Source: Eledone cirrhosa
Taxonomy: Eukaryota
NCBI GenBank assembly: GCA_964016885.1
Contig: OZ024742.1
Span: 113,150,001 to 113,214,000, forward strand
Length of the DNA stretch: 64,000 nt
Direction of reading: 5' to 3'
A model generated the notes under the pieces. The model did not search any database, was not told the origin of the DNA, and saw nothing but the letters and a program-made list of their open reading frames with translations. Positions 1 through 11,659 of this stretch are shown in pieces; position 1 is the stretch's first letter; each line of letters opens with the position of its first letter. Made by a program: the position numbers and the translations under genes.

Positions 1-1
1 T

Positions 2-786
2 AAGGCATCCCCCTACTATAATAAAGCCCTCCAAAATAGCGGCTTTAGCGAACCGATTAAATACATACCTAACTACACTAACTCTATTAAACATAAAAAT
101 AGGAAAAGAAAAATAATCTGGTTCACACCCCCCTACTCTCTAGCAGTTAAAACTAATGTAGGCAAAACATTCCTAGAACTCCTAGATAAACATTTCCCTA
201 GAACACTTAGATACTATAAGATCTTTAACAGAAACTGTGTTAAAATTAGCTATTCCTGCGGTCCCCCTATTAAGTCCTATATCCTCAACAAAATATCACC
301 TAGAGAAAATCAAACTTGCTCCTGTAGAATCAAAAGTGAATGCCCATTACAAGGTAAATGCAACACCAAAGCCATTGTATATGCGGCTAAAGTGATAACC
401 ATCAGCAACAACCATCCAGCCACCAGTGAACGATATGTGGGTATGACGCAAGACGGATTCAAAACGCGTTATTACTCACATGTCGCATCTTTTCGACATC
501 CAGAAAAAAGATTTACAACAGCTCTGGCTAGCAGAATTTGGGATTTGAAAGACCAAGGCATCCAATATAATGGTCAATTTTGAACCAATCTAAAAAATAT
601 GCTAGAGGAACAAGAAAATGCACGCTCTGCATAAATGAAAAATTTTGGATATTGCAAAATCTTAAATCACCAAAGACCTGCCTGAACACAAAGACGGAAA
701 TTTTCACCAGTTGCCCACACATGAAATCACACCTGCTTTCCAGCTCATATAAACTTAACACACTTTCAGAATCTTATCCTCCATAA
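2..786 (+). mobile_element. Penelope-like element (Neptune-type) ORF 3' end: RT thumb/linker + Cys-rich linker + GIY-YIG endonuclease, frameshifted near 580
   Basis: Frame 2 is open from the window edge: KRKIIWFTPPYS..NVGKTFLELLDKHFP..KIFNRNCVKISYSC, then CSCRIKSECPLQGKC, AIVYAAKV..RYVGMTQDGFKTRYYSH. After a frameshift it continues CTLCINEKFWIL..LNTKTEIFTSCPH. These are typical PLE motifs. Confidence 0.9.
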
Positions 787-1169
787 ACTCTTATTATTCT
801 CTTTTTAATTACCCTTTCTGACTTACTTTCATTTTTATCCTTGTCAATAATTTCATTTATTTTCACTTTTATTTATTTTTACTTCACACCCCGTCCCCCC
901 CTTTATTCTCCGATCCACTTCCTATTTTCTATTTTTTACTTCCCCTTCTTTTACTTCCCTTTTTGCCCCACTAACTGATTACACTTGTCTTTTGTGTTTT
1001 TCAATACAGATATATTTTTCATTTTTATTTTATTTTTGCGCAGCCTATCTTGCAATTTTATATTTGTACTTATTTATCCACATTTCAATATGGCTGAACG
1101 CCTTAATGTGTGTATACTTTTTATATATGTACATGAGTGACTACGTATGTGCGCGCGGGTGCGTGTATG

Positions 1170-1208
<39 letters not shown>

Positions 1209-1986
1209 ATATATATGTGTGTGTACAGGTGTTTGTGTGTGTGTGTATGTATATATTATGCGTATGTGTACGTGTCTTTATATCCGTGTTTTTGACATCT
1301 CGGTTTTATGTTTTGTACCTTTTTTCTCCCCCCCCCCCTTCCCTCTTTTTTTACTTACTCAGTTTCATATGTGGGCATGCAAACAGGTTATATGCGTGAG
1401 TATAAGTATGTGTGTGTGTGTATGTGTGTATGTACGTATCGAACGTATGGAAGTGTAAGTGCGCGTGTGTATATAAGCATAATTATTTTTATATTTCTTT
1501 TGTGAGACACGCGTGTCTGTGTATGTATGTACCCCCCTTTTTTTGTTTTCTTTAATTTTTTCTTTCTAATATCTTTTCTTTCTAATTTATCGTTATTATA
1601 TTTTTATAAATATATCGAGACTGATACTTTTCATTTAATTATTACACTCCCTTTACCTCCTTTTTTTCCGCATCTAAGTGTACGAGTGTCCAAGCGTTTT
1701 ATGCGCGCGCTTTCATATTCATATATTTACGATGTAACCATTTCTGTCTGTATAATACAGACATATAGATACATATTTTAGAATTACGCACACTTTCTCA
1801 CTATACATGTTGTTTCTATTTAGCTGCTATTTTTAGTAACGAGATAGACAACACGTCTATGTTTTTCCCGATTTCACCTCGGGTAGTTCACGTACAGGTC
1901 ATTTTTCGGCCTTTTTGATCTGTGCTAGCTGGCAGATAACAATATATTTTATCGTTCCTGGGTCTTTAGCCCTAGGAAAGGAAAAT

Positions 1987-2068
1987 GCTTCTCTGATGAG
2001 CCTTGATTTTCCATTAGAAATCCATTGGGTCTCTGGTGTTTTACAAGGCGAAACCGATCGGTAAGAGC
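1987..2068 (+). ncRNA. Type I hammerhead ribozyme in the PLE 3' region/pLTR
   Basis: CTGATGA 1993-1999; stem II GCCTTG/CAAGGC; GAAA 2050-2053; palindromic stem III ACCGATCGGT; GTA triplet 2061-2063; short stem I gcttct/agagc. Confidence 0.85.
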
Positions 2069-2315
2069 CATATGAATAGGTAAATATTTAAATTATAATT
2101 TTTAATTTATTTTAAAAAATTGGTTGAATTTTGCTTGTTCTGCTTATATTAATATTATAGTTCTGGTATGTCAAATTGACACCATAGAACAACCTTAAAT
2201 CATAGACAACCTATGTATTTCCAGGGGTACTTAGTACCCACGGGCTTACTAACTTCTATATATATATATATGTATACATATATATACACACACACATATA
2301 AATATATATTTATAT

Positions 2316-2379
<64 letters not shown>

Positions 2380-2589
2380 TTTAGTTGAAATACATATAAA
2401 TATGTGTCTGTGTGTATCGGACACACGTACGCATAAAGAAACTGCTGACCTAAATGTACCTGTCAGTTACTATCTTGACCGATTACCCTCACAATTACTA
2501 CGTAGCGGGTCTTGCAGGTGACTGCTGGACCCGGATGAAACGAAGACGAAGAATTTCCTTGCGTACCGTTTTGTACCACAGATGCGATC

Positions 2590-2990
2590 TCACTCTGCCT
2601 CGTTAATGTTCAATCGACACCAAAGTTCTACGTTCGGGGCAATATATTTGAATCCAACCACCGACAACATAGTTGGATGACCGATAATCACACCAAACCG
2701 GAGTACTGTGATCCTTGTGATTTCGAGATATACAACCACTGACACTGTTACGAAGACCAGAAAACCATACTCCATAATATTGAACCAAGTGATTGATTTG
2801 TGCGACCAAAATAACACCACACATATATTGAACTAGGAATATTGGATCCTCCGTCAATGTCTGGGTGAGCAAAAATAGATTTCTATCTGCATTGGAATTT
2901 ACGAACTTGTGCATCTGCTGTGGTGTCAAAAACAAACGCACATGACCGCACATATGAACAATGGACTATGCCACCTGGGTTGAACCTGCA
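2590..2990 (+). pseudogene. Heavily decayed second PLE GIY-YIG remnant
   Basis: Broken peptides RRPEN.., IDLCDQNN, EYWILRQ and PHM parallel RHPEK, IWDLKDQG, KFWILQN and CPHM of the 2-786 element. A T-rich tract and a hammerhead follow, as in that element. Confidence 0.4.
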
Positions 2991-3622
2991 AGTGAATTGA
3001 AGGATGTGTAACTCTGATATACAGATTGTTTATTATTAAGATGAATAAACTTGACATAACTATTATCATCTTATATTATCTCAACTAATCACATTTGATT
3101 ATATTTCTCTATCCCGTTTTCTCCCCCCATATTTATAATATTTTTATTTGAAAAAATCGTTTTTTTTACACTGTATGTTTCCCTTTATAATATATGCTTA
3201 TATTTATTTATATATTCTCTATATATTTTTTTATTTATATATATATATTTGTTTATCTTTATTCTTATTTTCACTTTTATCCTCCTTTATATTTCACCTT
3301 ATTCTTACTTGTATAACTTATTATAGTGTAATCTTCCCCATGCCTTATTATACATTATTAATTATAGATTATTATTATTACCTTTTTTTCCATTTCTAAT
3401 TACCTCATTACGTTATATATATATTGTATGCCCTTTGTGTGTGTGTGTAGCCTCTGCACACCCTCTGCACCCTACTATCGACGCCACCCCATCTATGGCT
3501 CAACTAACCATTCGACTCCCGGGAATGAATATGACGACAGCTAGTAAAAAAGGACCCACCATCCATCACCAAAATTAGACTTATCGTCCCCTGCTTTTGC
3601 TCATTACTCTCCTTACTCTTTA

Positions 3623-3671
3623 TAGCTCTGACGAATCCTACGGTTACGTAAGAAAGAAACATTGTAAGCCA
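3623..3671 (+). ncRNA. Type I hammerhead motif
   Basis: tagct-CTGACGA(3628-3634)-a-tcctacg/cgtaaga-GAAA(3656-3659)-cattg-TA-agcca, then aataaa. Confidence 0.7.
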
Positions 3672-3711
3672 ATAAAAATCTTTTGATGTTGTAGATGCTC
3701 TTGTGTTCTTT

Positions 3712-3754
<43 letters not shown>

Positions 3755-3760
<6 letters not shown>

Positions 3761-4025
3761 GGAATTACTGCCCTGATATAGCGATATATATATATATATG
3801 AATGTATATATAGTGTATTTTGAAATACACTGTATGCTTAATTAAAAGCATTTTGAAGACCTTACACTATTGTTTTAACGTAGTGACAATGTCGTTTACT
3901 TCTTTTTTCAAGAAACAACGGGAGATAAGCTGACAGATATCTCTTCCATACTGTTGGTATTCCTTAGAGCCTAGCACTCCCCTTGCTTGTTGAACATTGT
4001 GAATGTTGGATTCGTATAGAATTAT
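3755..4025 (-). mobile_element. Short non-coding element between (TA)n tracts with decayed hammerhead (3927-3972); related to the 8.4-9.3 kb repeat and to 10530-10620
   Basis: Shares tagcgatatatat..tgtatg..cattttgaagacc with the 312-bp unit. The minus strand reads aggct-CTAAGGA-atac/gtat-GGAA-gagatatct-GTC-agctt. Confidence 0.55.
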
Positions 4026-4027
4026 TA

Positions 4028-4063
<36 letters not shown>

Positions 4064-4877
4064 CAGGAAAGAGAAGAAATGTGTGTGTTTTTATGGACAG
4101 AGAGACATAAATAGATAAACAATAGTGGGGTAGATGTTAATAGAAAATAAATTCTACAATGATAACTAGCCATAAATTGATTGGTTTACTTATCTAAAAC
4201 AGGTTTTATATATGACTTTCAGAGAAGGACACTTTGTATCATTACTTAATAAATAAAATCTTCAATGTATATATAATAAAAAAATATATGTATCGTTTAA
4301 TATGTATCTATTATATTCTCTACTGATCTTTCACATCGGCCTGGACTTTCTCACCCCCCCCCCCCCCCGATGGTGGTTGCGCCCACTTTCAGAACCTGTG
4401 CTCATGTCTCCTAAACTGAAAATATTCTCCAGTATGAATTTCGTTTCCTCTGCAGTGGATTGAGTTCCCGTCCAGAGAGGAGTCTTCACAAATCTGCCAC
4501 TTAATTTCGATTAAAAAAATATACTTTTGTTAACTATGAATGTTTACGTTCTTGTTAAACCACGTGCCTGCTCTTAATATTCGAATCCTATATTGTATTT
4601 ATTCTCATTATCATGATATATAAGCCTTTATTATTTAATGCACCTTTTAAATGATATGTTGGTGCCAATATTAGCGGATGTTAAGTGAAGCAACGAATCT
4701 ATCCCCCTCTAGATTTTACAAGTGAAATAATAAGATTTACATTAGAACAAACGTAGAAATATGTTGAGAATAAGCAAGTGTTATTCTCAATAGCTCTGTC
4801 CCATATGTAATCTTAGCATTGTATAATAAATATCACAGTATCCATTGTGCAGTTTGATTTAAAAATATATATAATTT

Positions 4878-5083
4878 AAGCATAGGGCCAACATATTTGT
4901 GGAGAGGCTAAATTTGATGAAATCGACACCGATGCGTTAGCGTTACTTTATTTTATCAAACACGTAAGGGTGAAAGGCGAAGCTAACCTCGGTGGAATTT
5001 GACCACATCACTTAATAGGTCGTGAATCTATGTCGCTAAGCTTGTTAGGCAATAATTTAGCGATACTGCTAATCCACCACCTT
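4878..5083 (-). mobile_element. tRNA-derived SINE (octopus-type, Meta-domain-like core), diverged
   Basis: Reverse complement contains aaattccaccgaggttagcttcgcctttcacccttacgtgtttgataaaataaagtaac. Confidence 0.7.
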
Positions 5084-6451
5084 CGATTGATAACTCTTTC
5101 GTCTCGGATCTAGTTTCCTCTATTTAAAACTACTTTTACTGAAGGTATTCATCTAAGCACGATTTACTCGCATATACTTCTCTTTTTTGTATGGAGCGGA
5201 GCCTTGTATTTAGCTCAATAATATTTAATAGAATACCAATATTTAGTAGCTAATGATACGTGTACCTAAAGTGTAATATTTATGGACTTATTTAAGTTCA
5301 AATAATGTTCATACTTATTTAACAATTAATTGATATTAAATGGCTATTTCACCTTTTCTAATTGGTGAACTATTGAAATGCTAAATAGGAACGCATGTTG
5401 TGAATGTTAATTGAGTAATTATGATCGTATGTGTAGTGTAAATAATCAAATCGTAAGATATGTATATATTTTATATTGTCGTAAAAATAAGAAAAGCAAT
5501 ATGAGTCGCTAATTATGATAGAGTTGTATTTGACCTAGAATCTTTCCGGAATATTTTCACCCCATTTGATTCAACCTTGATTCACCGATACAAGTAACTA
5601 TATGTAGCATAACATATCCTAGCTGCCGGAAAATGTTTGAATAATAAAAATGATATTTGTTTTCTCTTACTATTATTTATTTATCTATGTGCATTCTAAT
5701 TAATTTTATATTTTTCTTTCTTTTAAATGATGCTCGAATTTATGATAGCGACTTATAATATAGTAATATTTCTTAATGATTGTTTAAGAGATTTTAGAAA
5801 TGACGTTATTTAGAATCATAATTACTTCGTGTAATTAATGCTACACTGAAGTTCTTATTTCCAAATGGATTCTTATCTAAACATTCCTGCCTGCTTCCCG
5901 GGAAAAGAAGGATTCATATTTTAACCACGAAGGAAAGCATGTTACACTAGTTATATAAGTTGGATAAAATATCATATTTTACATTAGCTGATCCGTTAAA
6001 GATTCTGCTAATAAAATAAGAACGGTGTAATTATACTGAGTTTGAATATAAAGTTTCTATTTCTTGTGATGTTTTCTTTTGTAATTATTTTTCGAATTGA
6101 TTTTCCAACTAAACCAATTATCGTCTGATGGTAGTTCTTTTTAGATGTTTCAAAGTTACAAAATACCAAAGCGGTGCTAAGACTTATATCTTACAAGTAG
6201 TTTTAAGTAATTTCTCACTTCATTAATTACAGCTAATGGAATTTTTCTTTAATTATTGCATATCATTATAATGATTTCAAGAATCAAACTGCTCAAACAA
6301 ATCGATTTTTAAATTTACACTTTTGACATTTTTAATTAATTAACAATTAGTTATTCATCTCATGTTCATGTTTTACATGTTTCAAAACATTCTTTGATAA
6401 AACTGTAGCGTAATATATTGTTTTAAGTCAATCTCAATTTTTCACAGACGG

Positions 6452-6452
6452 G

Positions 6453-6497
<45 letters not shown>

Positions 6498-6536
6498 ATA
6501 TGTATATATATATATATATGTATATATGTATATATG

Positions 6537-6595
<59 letters not shown>

Positions 6596-6634
6596 ATATA
6601 TATATATGTATGTATATATATATATATATATATG

Positions 6635-6672
<38 letters not shown>
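6452..6672. repeat. (TA)n/(TATG) microsatellite
   Basis: Direct reading. Confidence 0.95.
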
Positions 6673-6675
<3 letters not shown>

Positions 6676-6699
6676 TATGAAGAGAGAAGAAACATTTAG

Positions 6700-7328
6700 A
6701 TATAATTGGTAATAAAATGTATCATACCTAAACTGCTCCTAAATTCCTCGACTACGTAGTTTCGTGGCATAAACAAAAACAATATATCAAAGATATAGAG
6801 TCCTTGCGAGGTCTGCCAACTTATCAAGAGGATACCTCATTTTACTAGTCTCAAGAACGCGTCTACACGACGTGAGAAAGAATCCCAAAAGGCGGAGGGG
6901 GAGATAGTCACGCGATATAACGGTCGAGAAACAGAGCTAAGCCTCTTATAACCACGAAGAAAAGACCACGGAGGCGGAGGGGGTATTCATATCGAGGCCG
7001 TAGAAGAGGTAGTTAAGAAGGCGAGAAGTACGAGTAATGGAAGCTTTCCAGTTGTCCCCACACTTCAAAGATTGCTCGACCAGAGGGAGTTATTAATATA
7101 TTTAGAAACACACAGATACATGCGGACACACACATATATACATGAATGCATCCGCACCCAACTGCGAGTTAAGGGTGCCAACTTCACCGATGTTGCTCAA
7201 TGAATGACTGGGACAGCTGTCCCAGTCATTCATTGAGCAACATCGGTGAAGTTGGCACCCTTAACTCGCAGTTGGGTGCGGATGCATTCATGTATATATG
7301 TGTGTGTCCGCATGTATCTGTGTGTTTC

Positions 7329-7337
<9 letters not shown>
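6700..7337 (-). mobile_element. PLE-type non-coding insertion with decayed hammerhead (6745-6832) and 5' perfect fold-back palindrome (7096-7337)
   Basis: Minus strand tcctc-TTGATAA-gttggca..tgccac-GAAA-ctacgtag-TC-gagga; 121-bp arms with no spacer centred at 7216/7217; (TA)n on both sides. Confidence 0.7.
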
Positions 7338-7374
<37 letters not shown>

Positions 7375-7380
<6 letters not shown>

Positions 7381-7930
7381 ATTAAATAAATGGAAAACTA
7401 TATTTATAAAACCATATTTATTTCATTATATATATTTCGGGGATATCATATTAACAATATGCTATGCCTTCATCAGACAAAATACAATATAAACAGTTTT
7501 ATAGATAAATATATTCGACATACCGTAATAAACATCAACTTCATTTGAAGAGGTTCACTCTAGCAGTGAAAACACAGAGAGAAAGAAAGAGAGAGAGAAA
7601 AGAGGGAAATATTTCCCTCTTTTCTCTCTCTCTTTCTTTCTCTCTGTGTTTTCACTGCTAGAGTGAACCTCTTCAAATGAAGTTGATGTTTATTACGGTA
7701 TGTCGAATATATTTATCTATAAAACTGTTTATATTGTATTTTGTCTGATGAAGGCATAGCATATTGTTAATATGATATCCCCGAAATATATATAATGAAA
7801 TAAATATGGTTTTATAAATATAGTTTTCCATTTATTTAATATTGTAAATATACTCCAAGTATTTGTCGAGTGCTTTTATATCAGTTATAAATATTTACTA
7901 GTTGTAACCCAACAATTTTAAATATAACTT
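7375..7930 (+). mobile_element. PLE-type insertion: 472-bp perfect palindrome (7375-7846) carrying a hammerhead in each arm, plus unique 3' tail
   Basis: 236-bp arms centred at 7610/7611. + strand hammerhead 7737-7802 (CTGATGA 7745-7751, GAAA 7783-7786, stem III ATATATAT), mirrored at 7419-7484. Confidence 0.8.
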
Positions 7931-7969
<39 letters not shown>

Positions 7970-7974
<5 letters not shown>

Positions 7975-8387
7975 TATAATAATAAAATTGAAGACTATAA
8001 TCCAAAGAGGGCTCGATAAGGATTAATATATATCAAATATATAAGAACCGTAGAGCAAATATTTATTAAAATAACAGATTGAAGTTTAAGCAAAGAATCG
8101 CTGCTTTCACCCTTAACGGGATCTTCTGAAACTAACAAAGTCAATCTGTAAACGCAGAACTGGATATTTTAAAAAACGTTGCAACCGGAGGAAGACAGGA
8201 AGACGATACTTTTGTTTCGTGGAAACGAAATGCATAGCGAACGTTCGTCTTCCTGTCTTCCTCCGGTTGCAACGTTTTTTGAAATATCCAGTTCTGTGTT
8301 TACATATTGACTTTTTTAGTTTCAGAAGATCCCGTGAAGGGTGAAAGCAGCGATTCTTTGCTTAAACTTTAATCTGTTATTTTAATA
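7970..8387 (-). mobile_element. PLE-type insertion with 143-bp inverted arms (8064-8206 / 8245-8387), each with a variant hammerhead
   Basis: AGTTT-CAGAAGA-tccc..gggt-GAAA-GCA..TGC-TT-AAACT at 8318-8368 (+) and 8083-8133 (-); (TA)n flanks. Confidence 0.7.
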
Positions 8388-8401
8388 TATATATATATAT
8401 A

Positions 8402-9297
8402 TATATATGTGAAGATAAACAGAGAATATTCGAAAATATTCTGTATGTTTATAATAAACATTTTGAAGACCTAATCGCTATAGAATAGAATACGTCACGT
8501 ATTACAATTTGAGATTCTCGATATAAGCAAGGGAAGTAACCTACGCGTTTCATTCTTATTAGAAATCATCAGGATTACATATCCAGTGCTTTTATCGAGA
8601 ATGACACAGCTAGAGACTTATAGAATACTTAGCTGTGTACAGGAACTGGTTTGAAAGAGCGGTTGTCGGTCCGGCAGAAATTAGAATTTGGATTTAATGC
8701 TCTGAAATAGCGATATATATGTGAAGATAAACAGAAAATATTCGAAAATATTCTGTATGTTTATAATAAACATTTTGAAGACCTAATCGCTATAGAATAG
8801 AATACGTCACGTATTACAATTTGAGATTCTCGATAAAAGCAAGGGAAGTAACCTACGCGTTTCATTCTTATTAGAAATCATCAGGATTACATATCCAGTG
8901 CTTTTATCGAGAATGACACAGCTAGAGACTTATAGAATACTTAGCTGTGTACAGGAACTGGTTTGAAAGAGCGGTAAATCCAAATTCTAATTTCTGCCGG
9001 ACCGACAACCGCTCTTTCAAACCAGTTTCTGTACACAGCTAAGTATTCTATAAGTCTCTAGCTGTGTCATTCTCGATAAAAGCACTGGATATGTAATCCT
9101 GATGATTTCTAATAAGAATGAAACGCGTAGGTTACTTCCCTTGCTTTTATCGAGAATCTCAAATTGTAATACGTGACGTATTCTATTCTATAGCGATTAG
9201 GTCTTCAAAATGTTTATTATAAACATACATAATATTTTCGAATATTCTCTGTTTATCTTCACATATATATCGCTATTTCAGAGCATTAAATCCAAAT
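8402..9297. mobile_element. Retrozyme-like 312-bp hammerhead repeat: about 1.8 tandem copies plus one inverted permuted monomer
   Basis: Hammerheads at 8536-8578 (-), 8848-8890 (-) and 9093-9135 (+): gtaatc-CTGATGA-tttct-aata-agaat-GAAA-cgcg-TA-ggttac; period 312; (TA)n flanks. Confidence 0.85.
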
Positions 9298-9454
9298 ATA
9301 TATATATATATATATAATTAGTTACAACAGTGAGCTATCATCATCATCATTATCATCATCAGTCACTTTACTTGTGTAGACGTCGGGGGGATCCTACTGC
9401 AGTAGCAGCGCACACTGAAAATAGTTTATCAACGAAGGCCGTTAACACATCTGC

Positions 9455-9602
9455 TGTTATCTTTTGCGTACATTATTTGATTCTGAGTTCCAATCCCGCC
9501 GAGGTTAACTTTGCCTTTCATCCTTACAGGGTCGATAAAATAAAGTACCAGTAATGCACTGGGTATTTTGCTGGCCTTGTGCCTAACGTAGAAACAATTA
9601 TT
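9455..9602 (+). mobile_element. tRNA-derived SINE (3' part)
   Basis: ttctgagttccaatcccgccgaggttaactttgcctttcatccttacagggtcgataaaataaagtaccagt..gccttgtgcctaacgtagaaacaattatt. Confidence 0.85.
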
Positions 9603-10439
9603 TGATATTGTCCAAATATTTTTTGTGTTGGTACCTTCTCATGCGTCCACCTTCACCGGTGCCTTGATTGATCGTTTTGAACAGGCTGTCATGTCATCAT
9701 TTGTCAGTGGCGAGGAGAGGTTCCTTGTGATTCACAAAACTGTAAACTTTACTCCATACATATTCATTAGTTTTGCGTTCTCAATAGGAAGAATATAGGT
9801 GTTCTCTGATGCATTTGTCCTGAAACGCCTGGATAGTTATATCTGTTTCTGCCAAATTGTCCCGGTCTCGTATCAATATAGGAGGACTGAGACTACCAGC
9901 GATTTGTACAATCTGTACTTGGTCTAAAACTTGATGTTGCACCTAAATATAAGGTCCGTTGCGTCATACTGTTATATAGAATAAAATAATATAACACATA
10001 CTACAAGTTGATTTGAGAGTTTTAGAAAATACACCCATAATTGTTATGGGTAGGTTTAAAAGTTGATGGTGGTGACATGTGTGTGAGACCTTGTCGCGTA
10101 TATCGGCTTTCTTTATTTCCTTCTTTTAGTCCACCAACACATTACTCCTGTCCTTCTTCCTCCCACGGTCTTTCGTCACACATTCTGTGACCTGAATTAA
10201 AGAAACAGAAAACAACAAATTAGACACTGTCGAGGTCACATAATGTGTGACAAAAGATCCTTAACAATACGCAAATAAACAACATAATCGAAATGTGTAA
10301 CATCTGCATGTGTCTTATTGGTAGCATGACCCTCCCAAATTATAACAACAAGTGTTACAACACACGTAAAACAATTCCTGTTTCAAACACGCTTTCTGAT
10401 AAGACATGAAAACAAATACAAAAACGAAATACATATATT

Positions 10440-10760
<321 letters not shown>

Positions 10761-10952
10761 TTATGCATATTGCGTACGTAGGAGGTTGTAAATAAATATT
10801 TACTTGATTTGATGAAGACTATTTTATCATGTACTCCAACAGAGATATATTGAGGACGTATATTACTTTTAAGACGATTAATTGCGTCCATTATAAATAT
10901 AAATCACATGACATTTTTTCTCACTACGAGACTAACATTCTTTTATTATAAA

Positions 10953-11659
10953 CTAGCTGGGGTACCCGGCTTCGCCATGGAGAACAGTTAAGAGAATACG
11001 GATAAAAGAGAAAACATATGTGTTGGATGTGTTGTCTAGTATGAGGTGAGACCTAAATAGCGTGCGTGTGAGACGTGTGGGTGAGACACAAAACAAAATC
11101 AATCCTGAAACTTCCTTATTAGACTGGGTGAGTGAAATGACGAGTATATGGAAGCATTGACCATGACTTTCAAATGTTGTGAAATACCATAGTCAGTATG
11201 ATCTTTTTTCCAGCTCCAAAGGCCGTTATCTCAAACACACCAATATATCACATTATGTTTCTTCTGAAGTTTTGCTTCGTTAGTACGGACTGTAAGTAGT
11301 ATATGTAAAAAAGCTGGAGGGTAGATTAATTTCAAATGATATAAGTTTTTCTTTGTTCTGTAAAATCAAAGAGTGTAAAACTACTTTATACATGTTAATA
11401 CAATATTGTTAAAACTTCAACTGATACTATTGTGGGACATCACTCTCTCTGTATCTCTCCCCCTCTCTCTCTATTTCTCTCTTTCAATATATAACGGTTT
11501 AATCGTATCTCTCTCTGTGTAACGGCCAATCTCTCTCTTTCTGTCTCACCCTGTGTTTGTGTCTCTCTCTATTTAGATGTGTGTGTATGTATTTGTGTGT
11601 GCAGGTTTCGTGTGATTCAACCAACCAACCAACCAATACACATCTTTGTTATATATAGA
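10953..11659 (-). mobile_element. Non-autonomous Helitron (about 707 bp)
   Basis: Minus strand starts A|TCTATATAT (11659) and ends with the GC hairpin ccatggcgaagccggg about 10 nt before CTAG|T (10953). No TSD, insertion between A and T, internal (CAAC)n/(CT)n. Confidence 0.8.

Noticed and set aside
8402-9297. CRISPR-like or satellite array
   Set aside because: No short repeats with unique spacers, eukaryotic context, and only about three units.
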